From Pristiophorus japonicus (lineage: Eukaryota): a DNA stretch of 64,000 nucleotides. The notes beneath the pieces are model-generated. The model was given only the letters and a program-made list of their open reading frames with translations, did not search any database and had not been told where the DNA came from. Positions within the stretch are counted from its first letter, which is position 1. Each line of letters starts with the position of its first letter. Made by a program: the position numbers and the translations under genes. The stretch is from positions 145,638,001 through 145,702,000 of the forward strand of contig NC_091984.1 in NCBI RefSeq assembly GCF_044704955.1, written 5' to 3'. Shown here in pieces: positions 11,552 to 23,825 of this stretch.

Positions 11552-13945
11552 GTGGAAAACTGCAAAAGTAATGCTCCTCTTTCGAAAAGAAGGCAGTCAA
11601 AAAGCAGGAAACTATAGACCAGTTAGGCTAACATCTGTAGTTGGGAAAATGTTGGAGTCCATTATTAAAGAAGCAGTAGCAGGAGATTTGGGAAAGCATA
11701 ATTCAGTCAGGCAGAGTCAGCATGGATTTATGAAGGGGAAGTCATGCTTGACAAATTTGTTGGAATTCTTTGAGGTTGTAAAGAACAGGGTGGATAAAGG
11801 GGAACCAGTGAGTGTGGTGTATTTGGACTTCCAGAAGGCATTTGACAAGGTGCCACATAAAAGGTTACTGCGCAAGATAAAAGTTCATGGGGTTGGGGGT
11901 AATATATTAGTATGGTTAGAGGATTGGCTAACTAACAGAAAACAGAGAGTCGGGATAAATGGTTCATTCTCAGGTTGGCAATCAGGAACTAGTGGGGTGC
12001 CATAGGGATCAGTGCTGAAACCTCAATATTTACAATCTATATTAACGACTTGGATGAAGGGACTGAGTGTAATGTAGCCAAATTTGCTGATGATACAAAG
12101 ATGGGAGGAAAAGCAATGTGTGAGGAGCACACACAAAATCTGCAAAAAGACATTGACAAGCTAAGTGAGTGGGCAAACATTTGGTAGGTGGTGTATAATG
12201 TTGGAAAGTGTGAGGTTATGCCCTTTGCCACAAATAATCGTCAAGCAAGTTATTATTTAAATGGAAACAAATTACCAAGTGCTTCAGTACAGCAGGACCT
12301 GGGGGTCCTGGTGCATGAAGCACAACAGGATAGTATGCAGGTACAGCAATTGATCAGGAAGACAAATGGAATCTTGGCCTTTATTGCAAAGGGGATGGAG
12401 TATAAAAGCAGGGAAGTCTTGATACAATTATACAGGGTATTGGTGAGGCCACACCTGGAAAACTGCATACAGTTTTGGTTTCCATATTTACGAAAGGATA
12501 AACTTTCAAGCAATTCAGAGAAGGTTCATACAAACATACAAACAAAGAAAATAGGTGCTGCAGTAGGCCATTCGGCCCTTCGAGCCTGCACCAACATTCA
12601 ATATGATCATGGCTGATCATGCAACTTCAGTACCCCATTCCTGCTTTCTCTCTATACCCCTTGATCCCTTTAGCCATAAGGGCCATATCTAAATCCCTTT
12701 TGAATATATCGAACAAAGTGGCCTCAACAACTTTCTGTGGCAGAAAATTCCACATGCTCACAACTCTCTGACTGAAGAAGTTTCTCCTCATCTCGGTTCT
12801 AAATGGCTTACCCCTTATCCTCAGACTGTGATCCCTGGTTCTGGACTTCCCCAATATCGCAAACATTCTTCCTGCATCTAATCTGTCCAATCCCGGCAGA
12901 ATTTTATATGTTTCTATGAGATCCCCACTCATTCTCCTAAATTTAATTGAGTATAAGCCTAGTCGATCCAGTCTTTCTTCATTTGTCATTCCTGTCATCC
13001 CGGGAATCAGTCTGGTGAACCTTCGCTGCACTCACTCAATAGCAAGAACGTCCTTCCTCAGATTAGGAGACCAAAACTGTACACAATATTCAAGGTGTGG
13101 CCTCATCAAGGCCCTGTACAACTGTAGTAAGACTTCCCTGCTCCTATACTCAAATCCTCTCGCTATGAAGGCCAACATGCCATTTGCCTTCTTCACCGCC
13201 TGCTGTACCAGATGTGTCATTGAGCAAGATGCGCTTCAGGTGCCTGGACAGGTCTGGAGGCGCCCTTCAGTACTCACCAGCGAGGATGTACAGGATAATC
13301 GTGGTGTGCTGCATTGTGAAAAACATAGCACATCAATGAGGACTATTTGTGCAGGAGGAACCAGCAGCTCAGCACTCCTCATCTGATCTGCATTCCAATG
13401 AAGTGGAGGAGGACAAGGAGCAGGAAGAGAAAGAAGAAGCCGCCAAAGTCACCATTGGGGTGATTCCGGGGATGAGGGGATTGACTTATGAGGAAGGTTG
13501 AGTCAGTTGTGCCCTTGCTCATTGGAATTTAGAAGAATGAGAGGTGATCTTATCGCAACGTATAAGGTTATGAGGGGGCTCGACAAGGTGGTTGCAGAGA
13601 GGATGTTTCCACTGATAGGAGAGACTAGAACGAGGGGGCATGATCTTAGAATAAGGGGCCACTCATTTAAAACTGAGATGAGGAGGAATTTTTCCTCTCA
13701 GAGGGTTGTAAATCTGTGGAATTCGCTGCCTCAGAGACCTGTGGAAGCTGGGTCATTGAATAAATTTAAGACAGCGATCGACAGTTTCTTAACCGATAAG
13801 GGAATAAGAGGTTATGGGGAGTGGGCACGGAAGTGGAGCTGAGTCCATGATCGGATCACCCATGATCTTATTAAATGGTGGAGCAGGCTCGAGGGGCCAT
13901 ATGGTCTCCTCCTGCTCCTATTTCTTATGTTCAATATGTTCTTAA
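11552..13945. mobile_element. nested CR1 RT/3' fragments (+ 11552-12530, - 12530-13210, + 13460-13945)
   Basis: [53 protein letters not shown] motifs. Confidence 0.88.
13214..13450 (+). mobile_element. PIF/Harbinger transposase C-terminal fragment
   Basis: Translates KMRFRCLDRSGGALQYSPARMYRIIVVCCIVKNIA, resembling the HARBI1-type DDE transposase C-terminus, followed by an acidic run. Confidence 0.75.
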
Positions 13946-14526
13946 AGTGAGGGGGAGTGGGACTAAATGGGTAATTCTTTCAAAGAGACGGCACAGGCAC
14001 GATGGGCTGAATGGCCTCCTTCTGTGCTGTAAGATTCTAGGCTGTGAGCGCGGTTCACAGTTTTCTCCCGTGTCATTAACAAACGTATAGCCGTGACAAC
14101 CTCCCTCTTTCACTTCCTCTGTGGGTGAAGTTTCATTCTTCTGATCTGACAATCTCTTCAGTTATTTTTTGCACGGGGGATTTCTGCTGTGGTCTGTGTC
14201 TCTAATAATAACCGTCCAATCAGGCAGAATAACAGCAGCTCGGACCGGCTAGGACAGCGGACCCAGGCTCAGTACTGACCCTGCAACGTCCTCCTCACCA
14301 ACATCTGGGGACTTGTGCCAAAAGTGGGAGAGCTGCCCCACAGACTAGTCAAGCACCAGCCTGACATAGTCCTACTCACAGAATCAGACCTTTCAGCCAA
14401 TGTCCCACAGCCCACCCCTCACACCGCACCCCCCCACCCCCCGAATCCCGTGAAAAATAAACAGCAACTCTTTTGAAGAAGAGTCTGTTCTGAGATTCTG
14501 GGTGTGAGATATTCTGTGCTGAGAAA

Positions 14527-15450
14527 ACAATCACTATCACTACAGAAAAAGTACTTGGTAAAATGATGGAACTAAAGGTGGACAAATCCCCTGGACCTGA
14601 TGGCTTGCATCGTACGGTCTTAAATGAAGTTGCTGCAGAGATAGTGGATGCATTGGTTGCAATCTACCAAAGTTCCCTGGATTCTGGAAAGGTCCTAGCG
14701 GATTGGAAAACTGCAAATATAACGCCCCTATTTAAAAAAGGAGGGAGACAGAAAGCAGCAAACTATAGACCAGTTAGCCCAACATCTGTGGTTGGGAAAA
14801 TGCTGGAGTCCATTATTAAGGAAGCAGTAGCAGGACATTTGGAAAAGCATCATTCAATCAAGCAGAGTTAGCATGGTTTTATGAAGGGAAAGTCATGTTG
14901 ACACATTTGCTGGAGTTCTTTAAGGATGTAACGAGCAGGTTGGAAAAGGGGGAACCAATGGTTGTGGTGCATTTGGATTTCCAGAAGGCATTCAATAAGC
15001 TAACACAAAAGATTACTGCGCAAGATAAGTTGGCCCCTCGAGCCTGCTCCGCCATTAAATAAGATCATGGCTGATCTGATCATGGAGTCAGCTCTACTTC
15101 CCTGCCCGCTCTCCATTACCCTATATTCCCTTATCGCTCAAAACTCTGTCGATCTCCGCCTTAAATATATTCAATGACCCAGCCTTCACAGCTCCCTGGG
15201 GCAGAGAATTCCATAGATTTACAACCATCTGAGAGAAGAAATTCCTCCTCATCTCAGTTTTAAATGGATGTCCCCTTATTCTGAGATTATGCCCCCTAGT
15301 TTTAGTTTCCCCTATGAGTGGAAATATCCTCTCTGCATCCACCTTGCCGAGCCCCCTCATTATCTTGTATCTTTCAATAAGATCACCTTTCATTCTTCTG
15401 AACTCCAATGAGTATAGGCCCAACCTACTCAACCTATCTTCATACGTCAA
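14527..15450. mobile_element. CR1 fragments (+ 14527-15030, - 15030-15450)
   Basis: KSPGPDGLH..DWKTANITPLFKKG; YEDRLSRLGLYSLEFRR. Confidence 0.85.
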
Positions 15451-15859
15451 CTTCTCATCCCTAATTGCCCTTGAGAAGATGATGGCGAGCCGCCTTCTTG
15501 ATTTGCTGCAGTCCCAAAGTGCTGTTATTGAGGGGTATCACTCCAGTGTGTGGGTTTATCACTCCATTGGAGGCACTGAGGCCGATGAACACCGTAAAAA
15601 AGAGGCAATCGTATTGGAGGGCAACTATTAGAAAAGGAAGATTGAGGTTGTAATTAAAGAATATCATAAATGGAGGAACTATTTTAAAAATAGATCACAC
15701 AAGAATAGAGATGATGATTTGTCCAGCCTGGAAAACGAGGATATCATTGCAAAGAATGTGGAAAAATGGTCACGTCAAATATTACAAGATTCAGTCCCCA
15801 TGGAGGAGGGGGACACAATTCTCTGCGACTTAGAATACCTTCTCTCCGATATCTCCGAT

Positions 15860-16340
15860 ACGCTGTTCACCATGACGCAGCAGACAAAGCCATGGCCAAA
15901 TGCAGGCCGGGACCATTAGAGGGAGCAGCACCTGCTGATGCACTGTGGGCAGGTACAGCAGGAATGGCAATGTCGGGACGAAGGAGCGGCAATAGTTTGT
16001 AGAATGATGTGATCGGTGCCCAGGAGAGGCGAGGGCCCGGGGACAGCACGGGCCAGCCCACATTATTATATGTGTGTGCACTAGGTCCATGCAGCAGAGC
16101 TGGTCTCCAGTCCTCTTGGTTAATCCTTGCCACTAGACCAAGACCTAGCTCTTTCAAGCCCGTGTAGTGGCTGATGTGCAACGGCCACCACACGTTAAAA
16201 AAAGTCCATGCACAGAAATCTTCCACCCTTCAGGATGTAGTTTGGGATCCGGAATAGCAATGAAATATCTGTGAACTCATCCCTTTTCGGCGTGGAAGCA
16301 AGTCATCCTCGTTTCGAGGGATTGCCTATGATGATGATGA
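15860..16340 (+). mobile_element. non-autonomous retroelement with (ATG)n tail, probably RTE-associated; second copy at 37015-37690
   Basis: Two highly similar copies (cagcacgggccagcccaca..ggtctccagtc..gcaagtcatcctcg), both ending atgatgatga. Confidence 0.6.
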
Positions 16341-17045
16341 CATTGAGGAAGTTCCATGATTTTGAACTCGTGACGATGAAGGAACAGAATATACGTTTCC
16401 AAGTCTGGATGGTGTGTGACTTGGAGGGGAACTTGGAGGTGATGGTGTTCCCATGCGCCGGCAGCACTTTCATTCCAGGTGGTAAAGGTCGTGGGTTTGG
16501 GAGGTGCTGCCGAAGAAGCCTTGGCAAGATGCTGCAGTGCATCTTGTACATAGTACACACTGCAGCCATGGTTCGCTTGTGGTGGAGGGAGTGAATGTTT
16601 AAGGTGGTGGATGTAGTGCCAATCAAGCGCGCTGCTTTGTCCTGGATGGTGTCGAGTATCTTGAGAATTGTTGGAGCTGCCCTCAGCCAGGCAAGTGGAG
16701 AGGTTCCATCACACTCCTGACTTGTGCCTTGTAGATGGTGGAAAGGCTTTGGGGAGTCAGGAGGTGAGACACTCGCCACAGAATACCCAGCCTCTGACCT
16801 GCTCTTGTAGCCACAGTATTTATGTGGCTGGTCCAGTTAAGTTTCTGGTCAATGGTGACCCCCAGGATGTAGGTGGTGGGAGGTTTGGTGATGGTAATGC
16901 CGTTGAATGTCAAGGGGCAGTGGTTAGATTCTCTCTTGTTGGGAGAATGCTCATTGCCTGACACTTGTTTGGTGTGAATGTTACTTGCCACTTATCAGCC
17001 CAAGCCTGAATGTCGTCCAGGTTTTGCTGCATGTGGGCATGTGCC
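16340..17045 (-). mobile_element. CR1/L2-group LINE 3' fragment; related RT piece at 28995-29810
   Basis: QAWADKWQVTF, ILGVTIDQKLNWTSHI, IYKAQVRSVME, LDTIQDKAARLIG. Confidence 0.75.
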
Positions 17046-18139
17046 AGTTCATTGGATATATTCAAGAGGGAGTTAGATATGGCCCTTACGGCTAAGGGGA
17101 TCAAGGGATATGGAGAGAAAGCAGGAAAGTAGTACTGAGGGAATGATCAGCCATGATCTTATGGAATGGTGGTGCAGGCTTGAAGGGCCAAATGGCCTAC
17201 TCCTTCACCTATTTTCTATGTTTCTATGCTTCATTATCTGAGGAATATTAATTAAGGAAAGCCAACATAGATTTGTTGAAAGTAAATTGTGTTTTGCCAA
17301 TTTGATTGAGTTTTTTGATGAGGTAACAGAGAGGGTTGATGAGGATAATGCGGTTGACGTATTCCAAAAGACATTTGATAAATTGCCACATAATAGGCTT
17401 GCCAGCAAATTTGGAGCCCATGGAATGGGGAATGGTAGCATAGTGGTAATGTTACTAAACTCATAATCCAGAGACCTGAACCAATAATCCACAGACATGA
17501 GTTCAAATCCCATCACAGCAGCTGGAAAATTTAGATTTAGTTAATTAAATAAATCTGGAATAAAAAAGCTAGTGTTAGTAATGGTGACCATAGAAACATA
17601 GAAAATAGGTGCAGGAGTCGGCCATTCAGCCCTTTGAGCCTGCACCGCCATTCAATAAGATCATGGCTGATCATTCCTTCAGTACCCCTTTCCTGCTTTC
17701 TCTCCATACCCCTTGATCCCTTTAGCCGTAAGGGCCATATCTAACTCCCTCTTGAATATATCCATGAACTGACATCAACAACTCTCTGTGGCAGGGAATT
17801 CTACAGGTTAACAACTCTGAGTGAAGAAGTTTCTCGTCATCTCCATGCAAAATGGCTTACCTCTTATCGTCAGACTATGTCCCCTGGTTTTGGACTTCCC
17901 CAATATCGGGAACATTCTTCCCACATCTTGCCTGTCTAGTCCCGTCAGAATCTTGTATGTTTCTATGAGATCCCCTCTCATCCTTCTAAACTCCAGTGAA
18001 TAAAGGCCCAGTTGAGCCAGTCTCTCCTCATATGAGAGCCCAGCCATCCCTGGAGTCAGTCTGGTGAACCTTCGCTGCAATCCCTCAATAGCAAGAACGT
18101 CCTTCTTCAGACTAGATGAACAAAAATGAAGACAATATT

Positions 18140-18500
18140 TGATAGATAATTCAAACTGGCTGCATTCAGACAGGCTGTGAAAATTCACAGACACCAAGTC
18201 AGAGCTGCTATGTGAGTGGGAGCATGTTGCATTAAGTCATCAATCAACTTGACATTTTAGGACTTTGGGTAGCGAGCCAATTAAAAGGTTAAAAGACTAT
18301 TAATTAAGTCAATGAGGTCAAAGAAGGCGAGTTCTTTTCTGTAAATTGATCCAGGTATAAGTACAGCCATTTTGACCATGTGATATCAGAAGGACAAAGA
18401 CCTGGCTTAAAGCCAAGAGCTTCTTACTGCTGCCAAAAATAAATTGACATTAAAACTACAATCGGAGTTCGTATTTCATTGGAAATTAAGAGATCTAACA
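18140..18500 (+). repeat. ERV-A 5' LTR (361 bp)
   Basis: TG..CA termini, TATAA and AATAAA; about 15 substitutions plus 1 indel versus the 3' LTR, counted by eye. Confidence 0.95.
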
Positions 18501-18504
18501 ATTT

Positions 18505-18522
18505 TGGTGTCACGAACAAGAT
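18505..18522 (+). promoter_or_regulatory. ERV-A primer-binding site, tRNA-Ser(CGA)-type
   Basis: TGGTGTCACGAACAAGAT vs TGGCGTCACGAACAGGAT, the recalled complement of a vertebrate tRNA-Ser(CGA) 3' end; 2 mismatches. Confidence 0.75.
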
Positions 18523-18788
18523 CGCTGAGGGAAGAAACTGAATTTTGGACATCGGACCTACATACTGAGGTAAGGACTCCTATTTATAAAAGTCCTCGGT
18601 CAAAAGTCGAAATTCACCTCTCCTTCTTCGTGATTCCAAAAGGCTCCGGTTTGCGAACCCTCCAGTTGGTAGTCGGTTCGAGGTCCCATAGACGTCTAAA
18701 CTTCGGCGGTGTGTTAGTTAATTAATCACCGACCTATTGATCGGCTAGAAAGCCTACGACTCGAGACTCCAGTAAAAAAATCAGTATT

Positions 18789-20350
18789 ATGGCAGCAGGA
18801 GATAAGAGCAAAGAATTGCCTACAACTGTTAAAGGTGAGCAAGCACCACCTGAGGTTTCGCTAGATGAAATTCTCGAACAGTTGAAAGAATACATAGAGC
18901 AACAATTCAATTTATCTAAAACCTATATTAAGATCGAACAAAAGTACGGAACCTCCAAAGGACAATGGTCCTTGGACGAGATTAAAAAGGTCTGGGGAAA
19001 AACGATCCGTGTGAAAAATAAAGAGCGAACTAGATGGTCCCTAGCCATTATGAGAACGATCCGAAACTGGAATGAAATTATAATGCGTTCCCAACCTGAT
19101 CGAGAACTGACCAGTACAAAGGATCAATTGCAAGCTGTTGGTGCACAGCTGCAACAGAAAAAGCTTGAACTTGAAAAGCTGGAAGCGGAAGTTAAAGATC
19201 TTAAAGGTGAAATTAAAGAATGGAAAAAATCATTCGGTCAAGAGACAGTAATAGGAAAAGGAAAATGTATTGGTCAATTCCCAGGGTACCCATGTTTGGA
19301 TAAATTAAAAGCGCAAACCCCAAGACACGACCGAGGAATAGATACGAATTCTGAATCCTCCGACGATACAGGGTCGGAGGATGAAGAATTAGGGGTGCGC
19401 TTTGCCCCATTTAAAAAAAGACGAGTTGTAGTCAAATCAGAAGAGACTGCGGATGAGGGCGGAACCAAAAAAACGAGGAAAAGGGTGTACGAAAAATACT
19501 TGGTTCATGATCCGGCAGACCCAGAGAAAATTGATAAATGGTCCAAGGAATTGGCCAATCCAAAGAAAGGGGGAGTGAAAACGTGGGACCAATTGGACCG
19601 CTTAAGAAATATATATCAACTTCATCCCTGGGACGGAGTGCAAATTTTGACCATAATGGTGCCAAAAACACAGGGAAGAAAATTGCACGACAAGGTAGAA
19701 GAAGCTTTGGGGCAGGATAAGCAAGAATTAGACTCAGGGTGGGAGGCGATTAAACACTGGCTGCAAGCCTTCAGTCCAGCTAAGACAGACTGGGGAAAAA
19801 TTGCAGCCTGCCAACAGAAAGGAACAGAGGAGATCCTGGAGTATGACGAGCGGTTTAGATGCACGTGGCTAGAACATTCAGGTATGAATAATACAGATGA
19901 GGAAATGGATGAACAAGTGTTTGGACCCCTGAAAGCAGCTTTCGTGGCAGGTCTAAAGCCAGAACTGTCCAAAATGCTTAACGTAGTGTTACCGGACTGG
20001 GAAGGTCGAGGAACTACCTTTGCAGCATTGGTGGATCGATGTAACCAATTAGATCGGGATATGGGAGCTAAAGTCCGAGCTGTACAGGATATGGGATAGA
20101 AATCCCAGGATTCCGATAAACAGTTAATGGGAAAATTACCCGGAAAATGTCATTATTGTGGGAAAGAAGGTCACTGAGCCAAGAAGTGCAGGGCAAAACA
20201 GAAAGGTCGTGGCTGGGGAAGAGGACGCAGCCAGGGATACATTCAGCCAACAAACCAGGCTTGTCACAAGCTAACGACCTCATAGAAGCGTTTAAGCGAC
20301 TGACAATACAACAACAGAAGGAGTTACTTGGGATAGCAAAAAACGATTAG
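18789..20350 (+). pseudogene. gag: ERV-A gag (coiled coil, CA, CCHC knuckle); stop at 20097 and further lesions
   Basis: 436-aa ORF with CQQKGTEEILEYDERF (MHR-like); in-frame downstream CHYCGKEGH*AKKC. Confidence 0.88.
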
Positions 20351-23300
20351 AGCCCACCCTGGCCTCCCTCCTCATACTAATATAACAGAGGGGAGATGGG
20401 CTATATATAACTGTGAGGGTGGGCGATAAGGATGTGGACTGTCTTTTAGACACAGGGGCGGAATTAACATGCTTACCCCTACAATATGGAGACTTTTTGC
20501 CGTTGGATGGTAGGGCACGTACAGCCTATGGAGTTGGGGGCCATAAAATGGAAATTAAAAGGACAACACCGGTACTTATAGGGCTGGGTCCACATGAACT
20601 AACCACGCTGGTCTGGATAGGCCCAGTAGATCAACCCCTTTTGGGAATGGACGTTCTAATCCAAATAGATTCATCGTTGCATTTTGAGGATGGTCGGGTG
20701 ACATGGTCAATTGGAACTTTGAAGAAAGAAAAATTGAAGGAACACCCAATATGGGCTAAAGATAAGAACGATTGTGGCCTACTCCAGATGGAGCCTGCGT
20801 CATTTACCGGGACCAAGCCTCCATGCACTAAACAGTATCCCATCAGTCCAACTGCCATCGCGGGAATCTTACCGGTTATTCAGCAATTGGAGAAACAAGG
20901 GGTGCTTATTAAAACGCATAGCTCCTCCAATAGCTCCGTGTGGCTGGTACAGAAATCTAATGAGACTTGGCGTTTGACTGTCGATTATAGGAAAACTAAT
21001 CAGTGTATTGATCAAAAAGCTCCTTTGGTCGCAGATCCCGCCACCATTTTTAATGCCCTCAAACTGGAACATAAATATTTCTCGGTTATAGATATGGCCA
21101 ACGGATTTTGGTCGGTGCCTCTGGCACCGGAGATTCGACAGTGGTTGGCTTCACGGTCCAAGGACAACAGTATACTTGGACCCGGTTACCGCAGAGTTTC
21201 CACAACAGCCCTACGGTATTCCACATGGCTTTAAAAGCCATTTGCGAGAATTACCTCCCCTGTCATCCACAGTCATCCAATATGTAGATGATATCCTGCT
21301 AGCTTCAACCACGGAAGACCAGCATGAACAAGATTTACGAGCTTTGCTGGACCACCTTCGGCTGAAAGGACATAAAGCCAGCATCGACAAAGCACAAATA
21401 TCCCAAGAAGAGGTTGTATACCTGGGACAAAAGATTTCACAAGGAAAGACAGAACTTACCCGGGATAGAACTGCAGCCATTCGGGCTGCTAAAAAACCCA
21501 CCACTATTCAGGAACTAAGATCTTTTTTGGGATTGTGTAACTTTAACAGAAATTGGATTGACTCCTTCACACAGCTTGCTCAGCCACCGCATGATATTTT
21601 AAAGAGGAAAAGTGCCTCTAAAGAAGCCATCACCCTCACTAAGGAACAACAAGAGGCCTTCCTGAGTTTGAAAAAGGCTTTGTGTTCGGCACCGGCTCTG
21701 GGAATCCCCGACAGTGGTAATCCATTTATCCTGTTTGTCCATGAGAAAGAAGGATATATGACAGCTATACTGACACAAGACCATGGGGATCGGCAAAGAC
21801 CTATTGGCTATTATTCCGCAAAACTGGATGCGGTAGCCCTTGGATGGGGAAGTTGCCTAAGGGCCATGGAAGCTACATGTCGAGCGGTAATGATCACTGC
21901 GGGTCTAGTCCTCAACCAAAAGCTGATTGTCAAGTGTCCCCACAACGTACATGCTTTGCTGTCTATGAATAGAATGTCTCAGGTGATGGCAGCTAGATGG
22001 ACCCGCTGGACAGCAGTTTTGGAAGCTCCAAATCTCCATATCGTCCGGGCCAGCCCGGTTAATCCCGCAACAATGCTCCCGATGTCAGAATCGAGGGAAT
22101 AAGAGGGGGGGGGAATGTGAAGAGCATGACTGCGTGGAGATTTGAAAAGAAACAGAAGAAGCAGCCTTAGCAGCAGAGGAGCCTCTACACAACCCAGACC
22201 TCATCCTGTTTACAGATGGTTCCTCCTTTGTTGACAATGGTACCAGAAAAGCAGGATGGGCAGTTACAACCTTATATGAGGTAGTGGCAAAAGGATGTTT
22301 ATCCTCAGGAACGTCAGCACAACAGGCCGAGTTATGGGCCCTGTCAGAAGCATGTTGAATAGCAGAAGGACAGACAGCTAATGTCTACACAGACTCACGT
22401 TATGCTTTTGGAGTCGCTCACGACTTTGGTCTGTTATGGCAGAAAAGAGGATTCCTCACTGCTGCTGGTACACCTATCCGAAATGGAAAAGAAGTCCGAG
22501 ACTTACTGGAGGCCATACAATTACCTCAGGAAGTGTCCATCCTGAAGTGTAAAGTCCATACAAAGGAAAATACCCACAGAAGCTCAGGGAAATGCCCTAG
22601 CCGACCAGGCAGCTAAAGATGCCGCCTCACAGGGCGTTCCTCCAGAAGAACCAACACAGATGTGCAGATTGAAAGCACTCAGGACTCTGACACGAGACCT
22701 TCAAACAATGCAAGGCGAGTGCTCCCGAGAGGAAAAATGGACATGGATTGAGGCAGGAATTAAGCTATGTGAAGATGGTGTCTGAAGACAAAGAGTTACC
22801 GACAAGCCAGTCGCGCCACAAGCGCTTATGCCTTTGTTAGCCCAACAGATCCACTCGTGGGGACACTTGGCCTCACAACAGATGACGGCGCGGTTCCAGA
22901 AAAGCTGGTGGGGTCGGAGATTTAAAAAACATGCCCAGCTGGTAACAGACCGCTGTGTGGTCTGCCAGAAAAATAATTCTGGACCTATCACGGTAATGCC
23001 CCAACTGAGGCTCCCTGCCCCTGTCGGACCATTCCAGCATCTGCAGGTTGATTATATATCTCTTCCTTCATGCCAAGGATACACTAACATTCTTGTCATG
23101 GTCGACAGATTCTCTAGATGGGTAGAAGCTGTCCCAACTAAAAGAGCCACAGCCAATCAAACTGCAAAGGTCTTGTGTAAGGATTACATTCCCCGATGGG
23201 GAGTCCCGAGTAGCATTGACTCAGATCAGGGAACATACTTCACAGGTGCTGTCTGCCAAGAAGTCTGTAGGTTACTGAACATTACGTGGGATTTACACTG

Positions 23301-23823
23301 TCCTTATCATTCACAATCATCAGGACAAGTAGAGCGAATGATTCGAACTCTGAAACAACAGCTTGCCAAATATTACCAAGAAGGAACACCATGGCCCCAG
23401 GCACTACCAATAGTGCTATGTAGCATTAGGGCAACCCCGAACAGAACTACAGGTCGAAGCCCATTTGAAATTATAACAGGAAGACCCATGTCGCTGCCAG
23501 GAACTATCGATTTACGGAAAGCTGATGTTTACTTAATGAGTGACACTTTGTTATCATACTGTCAGAACTTAACCAATGCTACTAGTTCTGTTTCCCAACA
23601 GGTATCGGCAGCTTGGGGTAATCCACCTGAAGGAGGACACGACATCATCCCGGGAGTCTGGGTGTATGTGAAAAAATTGCATAAAGAACCTTTGGGTGCC
23701 AAGTGGGAGGGACCTTATCAAGTGTTATTGACCACCCAGGCAGCTGTTAAAGTCCAAGGAAAGAAAGCCTGGATCCACGCTTCAAAAGTTAAACGAGCAC
23801 CCGTAACTGAAGCTGAAATCTAA
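20341..23823 (+). pseudogene. pol: ERV-A pro-pol (protease, RT, RNase H, integrase), frameshifted
   Basis: LLDTGAE; WRLTVDYRK, DMANGFWS, QYVDD; FTDGSS..SAQQAEL..YTDS; HSWGH..CVVC, DYI/DSDQG/QVER, GPY. Confidence 0.95.
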
Positions 23824-23825
23824 TA

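Larger units (their letters stand above)
10511..14410 (-). repeat. inverted paralog of the IgL V upstream flank (33560-40650), with different TE insertions
   Basis: Colinear reverse-complement blocks: 10511-11140 vs 39975-40650; 11141-11165 vs the 23-bp repeat at 37691; 11245-11550 vs 34110-34445; 13947-14400 vs 33590-34055. Confidence 0.85.
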
